Below, one piece after another: positions 17,646-23,956 of a DNA stretch of 32,000 bases. Source of the stretch: a virus. Numbering within the stretch: position 1 is the first letter of the stretch; each line of letters starts with the position of its first letter. The notes beneath the pieces are model-generated. The model did not search any database, had not been told where the DNA came from, and saw only the letters and a list, made by a program, of their open reading frames with translations. The stretch covers positions 28,040-60,039 of IMG/VR virus record IMGVR_UViG_3300017970_000001; one strand, 5' to 3'. A program made the position numbers and the translations under genes.

Positions 17646-18007
17646 CCACCCTTTACCGTCCCCCCGTAGGCGTAGGCGCATGCTGCGACAAGTGCGCTCA
17701 AACGGGAGGGTCCTGCGGCTGCCCCAGCGTCGAAGAGAAGTTTTGTGGGAACTGCGGGGGTCCTTGTGGAGGTAGCTTCTGCGGCACGTGTGGAGGAGCC
17801 TGCCCCTGTTCGGCTCTCGAGCTCCAAGGGTGTCAGGGAATTCCTATCCCTGGATGGTCTTCGTTTCCCGTCGGTTTCGGGCAAAACGGCTCGTCTACCA
17901 CGCAGGTCGCCACCGATGCCGTCACGGCTTGGGCAGTTCCTTTGACGATCGGATTGGTTTCCGTTGCTGCGGGGTTTGGGTTGGCCTACGCGCTCAGCAA
18001 GAGGTGA
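17642..18007 (+). CDS. Cys-rich C-tail-anchored membrane protein
   Basis: ATG at 17642. 121 aa with 13 Cys between residues ~13 and 63 (CCDKC..SCGC..FCGNCGGPCGGSFCGTCGGACPC). Terminal TM LTIGLVSVAAGFGLAYALSKR. Confidence 0.65.
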   Translation: MTTLYRPPVGVGACCDKCAQTGGSCGCPSVEEKFCGNCGGPCGGSFCGTCGGACPCSALELQGCQGIPIPGWSSFPVGFGQNGSSTTQVATDAVTAWAVPLTIGLVSVAAGFGLAYALSKR

Positions 18008-18010
18008 TCC

Positions 18011-18358
18011 GTGCAAGTGTTCGATTTGCGGTTGATGGGTTTCGGTCAAGGCACGCTTGGTCCGGCGGCGGGCATCACGGGCTCTGACGAAGGGGGCGAT
18101 GCTGGCGACGTCACGAGCGGAGGAAGCCTCCTCGACACGGGAGGTCAGAGCACCCTCACGTCGGGTGGGGGAGGCTCGCCGATCTACTCGGGCGGAGGAT
18201 CCTCAGGCGGCGGATCCTCGGGGTCATCGGGGGGAGTCTTCTCGAGTCTCACGGGCGGCGGAACGAGCAATCTTCCCCTGATCGTGGGAGGCTTCGCGGT
18301 CCTCGCTGGGCTCGTAGGGGTCGCGTACTACGCGCACAAGAAGCATACGGGTCGGTGA
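18011..18358 (+). CDS. Gly/Ser-rich C-tail-anchored membrane protein
   Basis: GTG start 3 nt after the previous stop. 115 aa ending in LPLIVGGFAVLAGLVGVAYYAHKK. The N-terminus MQVFDLRLMGFG resembles that of the 12016 gene. Confidence 0.6.
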   Translation: MQVFDLRLMGFGQGTLGPAAGITGSDEGGDAGDVTSGGSLLDTGGQSTLTSGGGGSPIYSGGGSSGGGSSGSSGGVFSSLTGGGTSNLPLIVGGFAVLAGLVGVAYYAHKKHTGR

Positions 18359-18359
18359 G

Positions 18360-18731
18360 ATGAAAGACGAATTCATCTTTCCTGCGCACGCGGGACATAT
18401 CGGCCTCGGCGCTTGTCCGTGTCTGGTACGAGGTACGGGATTACCTCCGATGGCATTTCCGCCCACGCAGACGTTGCCGCCTCCCGTTCTCCCGCCGGCT
18501 CCGGTCACTCCGACGCCTAAACCGATCGCGGTCTACCCTCCGGCGACGCCGACCGTAACGGTCCCTACCGCGACATCACCAACCGTGACAGCGCAGACCG
18601 TCACATCACCGACCGTAACATCTGCGGGGACGGCGGGGTCCTCGACGGGACTTCTTGTCGTCGGAGGCCTAGCGATCATCGCTGGGATCGCAGGAATCGC
18701 GTATCTCGCAAACGCTAGGAAAAGCTCGTGA
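18360..18731 (+). CDS. Pro/Thr-rich C-tail-anchored membrane protein
   Basis: 123 aa with SPTVT-type repeats, ending in LLVVGGLAIIAGIAGIAYLANARK. Stop overlaps the next GTG (GTGA). Confidence 0.6.
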   Translation: MKDEFIFPAHAGHIGLGACPCLVRGTGLPPMAFPPTQTLPPPVLPPAPVTPTPKPIAVYPPATPTVTVPTATSPTVTAQTVTSPTVTSAGTAGSSTGLLVVGGLAIIAGIAGIAYLANARKSS

Positions 18732-20182
18732 ACCACACCAATTCGAATCGCTTCACGGACGTCGAACGCCTCGCCATGGAGGCGATGTTTCGCCCGATGT
18801 CTTCGGGTGGAGGCGGGGGCATTACGCAGCTCACGGGAGATGTGACGGCGGGCCCTGGCGTGGGCTCTCAGGTCGCAGAGGTCGTAGGGATTCTTTCGGA
18901 ACCACTTCCTTTTCTCGTTCCCGGCTATCTTAATTGGACGGGAACGCAGTGGGCATTTACTCCCATTGTTGGAGGAATCACTCAGCTCTCGAGCGACGTG
19001 ACTGCGGGACCCGGAAGCGGAAACCAAGCTGCCGAGGTCGTGGGGATTCTTTCCCATGCCCTTCCTGCGCTTTCGACAGGTTTTCTGAACTGGACGGGAG
19101 CGGCGTGGGCTTTCACGGCCGTTTCGGCCGGTATCACTCAGCTTACAGGAGATGGTACCGCGGGTCCGGGTTCGGGGAGTCAAGCGCTTACGGTCGTCTC
19201 CGCGCAGAACGGAGCAACGACGTTCGGTTCCGGAGCTCTGAACGGGACGATTACTGGGTACCTCAATAACGCGAACGGTACCGGCTATTGTCTCGGAGCA
19301 ATCGGCAACTCCACTCATTGGACCGCGCTTACGCTCGGGTACGCCAACACCTTCACGGGTGAAGGTGTCACGGACCACTACGCGGTCGCCTTCGACGGCA
19401 CCAACACTCTTCTGAATGCGATCGTCGGCGGAGAGCTCAAGCTTCAAGTGGGCGGAAGCGGCGTCACGATCGCGCTCGCTACGGCCAACGGTTTTCAGAT
19501 CGGAACGACTCCGGCCTTTGGGGGAGGTACGGGCGTCCTTGGTCTGAACGACGCCACAACGAATCCTACGACCCTTCCCGCGGGTGGAGTGGCTCTCTAC
19601 GCAAGCGCCGTCTCGAGCGGACAAGGGCTCATTCTTGCTGGAAACGCCTTTGGCTTTCCATCCTTCGTTCCGACGCCTTTCATCGGACAGTTTCCGACTT
19701 CGACCGTCGCGGGGACCACGCTATTTGTTCAGGCGCAGTCGACGACCGCAGCCGGAACGAACGGAGGAACCCTCGGGCTCTTCTCGGGCTCGGGAGGATC
19801 GGGAGGCCTGAACGGCACCGTGGAGATCGGAACGGGAGGCACGGGAGGCCCGGTCCAGTTCACGATCGGTCCGAACGGTATGCAGTGGGTTCCGGACACC
19901 TTCGCGCTTGCCGCAACGGGGACTACGACGCTCACGCAGCCGGAGTACCAATTCCCAACCCTCGTGGCGAGCACGGTCACGCTCACCGGAGCCGTGACCA
20001 TCGTCTTTCCGAACGTCTCTGGAATCTGGCTCTTGGACCTCAGCAACGTGACCTACGCGGGAAACAGCGTCACGGTACAGTCGGGGACCGCCACGTTGCT
20101 CTTGAACACGTCCGCGGTCTCCGCGGGAACGCAAATCTTCTTCGTCAAGGCGAACGGGAGCAACGGAATCACGGCGAAGTAG
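18728..20182 (+). CDS. fibre/spike-like protein with internal 52-aa repeats
   Basis: 484 aa, G/T/A/S-rich. Contains 2.5 tandem copies of GITQLTGDVTAGPGxGxQxAEVVGILSxxLPxLxxGxLNWTGxxWAFT. Confidence 0.75.
   Translation: MNHTNSNRFTDVERLAMEAMFRPMSSGGGGGITQLTGDVTAGPGVGSQVAEVVGILSEPLPFLVPGYLNWTGTQWAFTPIVGGITQLSSDVTAGPGSGNQAAEVVGILSHALPALSTGFLNWTGAAWAFTAVSAGITQLTGDGTAGPGSGSQALTVVSAQNGATTFGSGALNGTITGYLNNANGTGYCLGAIGNSTHWTALTLGYANTFTGEGVTDHYAVAFDGTNTLLNAIVGGELKLQVGGSGVTIALATANGFQIGTTPAFGGGTGVLGLNDATTNPTTLPAGGVALYASAVSSGQGLILAGNAFGFPSFVPTPFIGQFPTSTVAGTTLFVQAQSTTAAGTNGGTLGLFSGSGGSGGLNGTVEIGTGGTGGPVQFTIGPNGMQWVPDTFALAATGTTTLTQPEYQFPTLVASTVTLTGAVTIVFPNVSGIWLLDLSNVTYAGNSVTVQSGTATLLLNTSAVSAGTQIFFVKANGSNGITAK
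18818..19207 (+). repeat. in-frame 156-nt tandem repeat (about 2.5 copies) inside the fibre-like gene
   Basis: Residues 31-82, 83-134 and 135-~160 align with a 52-aa period (I32, I84, I136 each begin ITQL). Confidence 0.8.
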
Positions 20183-20195
20183 AGGGAGGGGCCAC

Positions 20196-20735
20196 ATGAC
20201 GACGGCTGCGTTACCTTGGAGCATCATGGGCGAGCGAGACAGCGACATCCAAGGGCTTCTTGAGAGATTTCTTGAGGAGCAACGCCGCTCCGAAGCGAAA
20301 CGGCAGAAGGAACTCGCCGAGCGCGATCGGGAATCCCTTCGCGTGCACAAAGAGTCCTTCGGGCAGATAGCGGACCGTCTTCTCGAGGCCTTCGCCGATC
20401 ACGAGAAGAAGGACGACCGTCGGCATCAGGACCTCTTGGGTCGAATCGGGTCCCTCGATGATCGGGTGGAGATCCTCGAATCTCGAGAATTTCGAACGGG
20501 ATGGAAAGAAAGCCCGAGCGGTCTCCATCTCATTAAAGATATCGAGCTGGCCCGTCGAGAAGAGGAAACCTTCCGCCGGCTCGCGCAGCGAAGCGAGCTC
20601 AAGACATGGCGAGGTCTTAAGAAGCGAAGCCTCGAAATTTTCGTAGGCGTTTTGATTCTCTTGATCGCTGGAGGTGTCGGAGCTCTCGTAGGTGCCAAGA
20701 TCACGGGCGATACCCCTCATCATAGCGCTCCATGA
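20196..20735 (+). CDS. coiled-coil protein with C-terminal TM segment
   Basis: GGGAGGG lies upstream of the ATG. 179 aa, charged helical N-terminal part, TM IFVGVLILLIAGGVGALVGAKI. Confidence 0.7.
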   Translation: MTTAALPWSIMGERDSDIQGLLERFLEEQRRSEAKRQKELAERDRESLRVHKESFGQIADRLLEAFADHEKKDDRRHQDLLGRIGSLDDRVEILESREFRTGWKESPSGLHLIKDIELARREEETFRRLAQRSELKTWRGLKKRSLEIFVGVLILLIAGGVGALVGAKITGDTPHHSAP

Positions 20736-20776
20736 GTGCGCTTGACGTCCGTATTACGACATGGTAGAAAGTCCGG

Positions 20777-21130
20777 ATGCGTTACGCCCAGGTTCCCCAG
20801 AACATCGTCCTTCAAGACCTCATCACCAAGAAGCCCGGAGAGTCCGTGAGCTTCTTTCAGTACGCCTGCTTTTGCTGGCTCGACGATCCGAAGTGGCTCG
20901 CTCCGAAGACAAACCTTCCGCGGCTTCAGAAGGTACTTCCGGAATTCCAAAAGGCCCCAGGAGAGTGGATGCGTTTCGAAGACGCGGACTGGAAGCTCCT
21001 CAAGGAGATCGCCGAAGGGGGTACGAGGACGTACAATCCTCTCGTGCATATGCAGCTCGCTTCCTTCGAGGCGGCACTTTTGGGAGCCGTGACAGAAGAG
21101 CGTTACGCAGAGCAGGCGAAGGCGTCATGA
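20777..21130 (+). CDS. hypothetical protein
   Basis: 117-aa ORF whose stop overlaps the next ATG (ATGA at 21127). Confidence 0.65.
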   Translation: MRYAQVPQNIVLQDLITKKPGESVSFFQYACFCWLDDPKWLAPKTNLPRLQKVLPEFQKAPGEWMRFEDADWKLLKEIAEGGTRTYNPLVHMQLASFEAALLGAVTEERYAEQAKAS

Positions 21131-21510
21131 TCGACCGAATGCAAGCGCTTCGTCTCGAGGCGGCGAAGACCGTCGATCTCCAGGAATGGTGGATGGTTCT
21201 CTGGGGAGGGGAGTGGTTCGTGGGGAAGCGTTCTCAGGGTCCGGAAGGCCCAACGCGAAAGCTTACGTCCCTCCAGAAGCTTCAGATGCCTTTCACGATC
21301 GTTGAAGGTCCCGGCGGTCTTCCGCGCCCTCACATGGGGTTCGTGACCTATCCGTGGGTCCTTGACGTTTTGGTGATGCCGGATGACGCTCTCTGGGTAA
21401 ATCTCTCGGCTGTCAAAAACCCCGATCAGACTCGCATGGCGATCTTCACGACCGAAAAGCTCAAGCTCGAAGAACGCGCGAACAACCTAGGGCTTCACGT
21501 TGCCCAGTAA
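21127..21510 (+). CDS. hypothetical protein
   Basis: ATG at 21127, 127 aa. The ORF-track frame back to 20761 overlaps the previous gene and is an artefactual extension. Confidence 0.65.
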   Translation: MIDRMQALRLEAAKTVDLQEWWMVLWGGEWFVGKRSQGPEGPTRKLTSLQKLQMPFTIVEGPGGLPRPHMGFVTYPWVLDVLVMPDDALWVNLSAVKNPDQTRMAIFTTEKLKLEERANNLGLHVAQ

Positions 21511-21511
21511 G

Positions 21512-21721
21512 ATGCCCCGTCTTCCTCCTCCTGTTGAAAAAGCGGCCCAGGATGCCTTCAAGGGCTTTCTTCATCAGGTCGGCGAGGTTGTCACGAACAT
21601 GGTCGGCTACGCTGTCGACGATGCCTTGGAAAGGGTGGAGGGGAAACTCTCTGGAGGCCTCGAGAGGGTCAAGACGGCTCGGAAGGTGGCTCAGAAGCGT
21701 TCGAGACGAGGGCGGAAGTGA
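21512..21721 (+). CDS. small helical basic-tailed hypothetical protein
   Basis: ATG lies 2 nt after the upstream stop. 69 aa. Confidence 0.5.
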   Translation: MPRLPPPVEKAAQDAFKGFLHQVGEVVTNMVGYAVDDALERVEGKLSGGLERVKTARKVAQKRSRRGRK

Positions 21722-21749
21722 GCTCCCCCGCATCTTCATTCAAGAAACC

Positions 21750-22124
21750 ATGAGCTCCCCCGGTCACGTCATTTTCGTTCCCACCAACGGACCTGTGGTG
21801 AGCGTGGGCGTCCGAATCGTTGACAAGCCCGAAGAGCAGGCCAAAGGGCTCTCCGGAATCCCTTCCCTTCCCGAGGACGAAGGGATGCTCTTCTGGTTCG
21901 GCGTGCGTGGAGATCACGGTTTCTACATGAGAAATACGAGGATTCCGCTCGATTGCCTTTTCATCGACTTCAACCGCGTCGTCGGCATCCTCACGCTTCA
22001 GCCCTACGACATCGAGGTGCACAAGGTCGGCCGACTTTCCTCCGCGGTTCTCGAGGTCAACGGCGGATGGGCGGAGCGTCATGGGGTTGTTCCGGGGGAT
22101 CGGGTGCAAATAGCTCTCGATTAA
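21750..22124 (+). CDS. DUF192-family protein
   Basis: 124 aa matching the DUF192/COG1430 pattern: ...E.AKGLSG...L.EDEGMLF.F......FYMRNTRIPLDCLFID....V.I..........S....VLEVNGGWAERHGV.PGD.V. Confidence 0.8.
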   Translation: MSSPGHVIFVPTNGPVVSVGVRIVDKPEEQAKGLSGIPSLPEDEGMLFWFGVRGDHGFYMRNTRIPLDCLFIDFNRVVGILTLQPYDIEVHKVGRLSSAVLEVNGGWAERHGVVPGDRVQIALD

Positions 22125-22249
22125 GTTCCCGCGTGGGAAACCTGCGAAAACCTCGGATCGTCATGAAATGTTGAGGATTCCCACCATCTAGGGTAGGCTC
22201 GGACGAGATCCGCCCCATGTAGGGGCACGACCTCCTCAAGGAGACCCTT

Positions 22250-22507
22250 ATGGCCCGTCGACGTCGTAGGCATCATGTCCGAAGGCACCATTCCCGCGAA
22301 AATCCGGTTACGGACACCGAGCTAATCGTCGGAGGCCTCGTCACCCTCGCGGTCGTCGGCATCGGCGGGTACCTTATTTACCAGCACTACAACCAACCCG
22401 CAGCGCCCGTACTCGGCACGGATGCGTACGGCAATCCGACGATCAACGGATATCCAGTTGCGGGATCGGCTGCGAGTGCTCCTTCGGCCTCGCCTCCTGG
22501 GACCTAA
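22250..22507 (+). CDS. small membrane protein with poly-Arg N-terminus
   Basis: AAGGAGA lies upstream of the ATG, after a 125-nt intergenic gap. Starts MARRRRRHHVRRHH, then TM LIVGGLVTLAVVGIGGYLIY. Confidence 0.6.
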   Translation: MARRRRRHHVRRHHSRENPVTDTELIVGGLVTLAVVGIGGYLIYQHYNQPAAPVLGTDAYGNPTINGYPVAGSAASAPSASPPGT

Positions 22508-22535
22508 CCGCAGCAACGCGAGGCTCCTTAGGTCG

Positions 22536-22772
22536 ATGCGGCGTAACCCCTTCAAATCCGAAGCACAGCGGAGGTACATGCACATGTACCACCCAAGGAT
22601 TGCGAAGCGTTGGGAGAAGATCCCGCACGGGAAACTGCCCTACCACGCGCGGAATCCTCTCGACTCGGACGATTGGCTTCGCATCGGCCTCGGAGTCGTG
22701 CTCGTAGCGGCCGTCGGACTTTACGTCTACCAGAGGCAAGAGGGACTCCTTCCGGAAGAGACTCAGACATGA
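22536..22772 (+). CDS. small membrane protein
   Basis: ATG at 22536. 78 aa with TM RIGLGVVLVAAVGLYVY. Stop overlaps the next ATG. N-terminal FKSEAQRRYMH is reminiscent of small phage proteins (weak). Confidence 0.5.
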   Translation: MRRNPFKSEAQRRYMHMYHPRIAKRWEKIPHGKLPYHARNPLDSDDWLRIGLGVVLVAAVGLYVYQRQEGLLPEETQT

Positions 22773-22933
22773 AGCCCACGGACGGGGAGCTAATCATCGG
22801 AGGGATTGCGGCTATCGCGCTAATCGGTCTCGGCGTGGTTCTCGTCGCAGAAGCCTTGACCCCAGCGACTTCGGACGACACCTCAGAGCTCGAAGACACT
22901 TCCGCTCTCGCGAGCGCGGCGGCGGTCCTCTGA
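22769..22933 (+). CDS. small membrane protein
   Basis: ATG at 22769 (ATGA overlap). 54 aa with TM LIIGGIAAIALIGLGVVLVA. Confidence 0.5.
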   Translation: MKPTDGELIIGGIAAIALIGLGVVLVAEALTPATSDDTSELEDTSALASAAAVL

Positions 22934-23439
22934 TGCTCGGCGCGCTTCTAGGTCTGGCGGCTCTCTTCGCGGCGACCGCTGCGAAAAAGAGTACGACGAC
23001 GCTGAAAACGATGCCGTGGCCGCAGAAGCCTACGGGGTCGCCTCTGGGGTCGCCCCTGGGGTCGCCCCTGGGGTCGCCCCTGGGGTCGCCCCTGGGCCTC
23101 GGTCGCGTCGCTATTGCGCCGCAAAGGGGTTCCTTCGGCGGAGGAGGCGGCGGTTTTCCGCATACCATCCGCACTCCTGACGGCGGAACCTTCTCGCGAG
23201 CGCGCTACGCCTTCCCCTACCCTGGCGTCGTCGCGCAATATCGAGAGAACGTGCCTTACTTCTCTCGTCACCTCTTGGTCTACGGCGACAACACCTACGC
23301 GATCACGCACGTCGACGAGTACAATCCGGACGCCGGATACCCTGCGCAACATCTCGCTGTCGATGCGCCGGAGGTGATGCTTGGGATCGCAGGATTCGCG
23401 GTAGGGTTGGTGGGAGGAACATGGCTACTAGAGCCTTAA
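22933..23439 (+). CDS. hypothetical protein with signal/TM N-terminus and (GSPL)5 repeat
   Basis: 168 aa, start in a TGATG overlap. Hydrophobic N-terminus MLGALLGLAALFAATAA. GSPLGSPLGSPLGSPLGSPLG repeat. C-terminal hydrophobic segment. Confidence 0.65.
   Translation: MLGALLGLAALFAATAAKKSTTTLKTMPWPQKPTGSPLGSPLGSPLGSPLGSPLGLGRVAIAPQRGSFGGGGGGFPHTIRTPDGGTFSRARYAFPYPGVVAQYRENVPYFSRHLLVYGDNTYAITHVDEYNPDAGYPAQHLAVDAPEVMLGIAGFAVGLVGGTWLLEP
23034..23093 (+). repeat. 12-nt tandem repeat x5 (GGGTCGCC[T/C]CTG)
   Basis: Five contiguous units were read directly from the sequence. Units 2-5 are identical. In frame they encode (GSPL)5. Confidence 0.9.
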
Positions 23440-23750
23440 CCCCCTACGACAGGTGCCCGATCTGCGTTCAGAAACGTCGAGCCCGTCAGAGACGGCTTGG
23501 TCGACGATACGCTCGTCGTAACGAATCCTTCGCCGTCGACATCGAGCAGGACGCGATTCTCCTCGGTCTGACCGCACTCGTCGTCGGCGTCGTGGGGTAC
23601 CTCATCTACCAAAAGGTGACCTCGACGGGCGCGGTTGTTCTCGCGAACGCTCAAGAAGCGCTGAATCAAGCGATCGGAGGGCAACCCGTCCTCGAGAACG
23701 AGGCACCCCTGAACTCGCAAGAGCCTGAAGATCAGGTGGGCTATGAGTAA
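23421..23750 (+). CDS. small membrane protein with CxxC and basic N-terminus
   Basis: GGGAGGA lies upstream of the ATG. 109 aa. CPIC motif, Arg-rich stretch, TM ILLGLTALVVGVVGYLIY. Confidence 0.6.
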   Translation: MATRALTPYDRCPICVQKRRARQRRLGRRYARRNESFAVDIEQDAILLGLTALVVGVVGYLIYQKVTSTGAVVLANAQEALNQAIGGQPVLENEAPLNSQEPEDQVGYE

Positions 23751-23937
23751 ACAGGCCCTCACCTACTCATCCCGGATCACGATCGACGACTCGACCAAGA
23801 CGCTCCTCGTCATCGGAGGGGTCGCTGTAGTCGGCCTCATGGCCTGGGTTTATTCAAAAAACGCAACGGCTCCCATTTCTGATAGTCTGGCGAGCACGCC
23901 AACCGTTCCGGACACCACACCGACGGTAAACGTCTAA
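23743..23937 (+). CDS. small membrane protein
   Basis: ATG overlaps the upstream stop region. 64 aa with TM LLVIGGVAVVGLMAWVY. Confidence 0.5.
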   Translation: MSKQALTYSSRITIDDSTKTLLVIGGVAVVGLMAWVYSKNATAPISDSLASTPTVPDTTPTVNV

Positions 23938-23956
23938 GAATCCAGAGGGTTACCCC

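Noticed and set aside
18533-19624. 363-aa minus ORF; also the 382-aa minus ORF at 23837-24985
   Set aside because: They lie antisense to the fibre-like and spike-like genes. Both are Arg/Ser-rich with no motifs, a typical GC-driven artefact.
23034-23093. Possible CRISPR-like array
   Set aside because: The units are 12 nt, contiguous and without spacers, and they lie inside a coding frame. This is a microsatellite, not a CRISPR array. No CRISPR-like repeat-spacer structure was seen anywhere in the window.
22812-23174. Minus-strand ORF containing (GDPR)5, i.e. repeated RGD tripeptides
   Set aside because: It is simply the reverse-complement reading of the 12-nt repeat. The + frame (GSPL)5 belongs to a coupled gene with a signal-like N-terminus, and the minus ORF has no start context.
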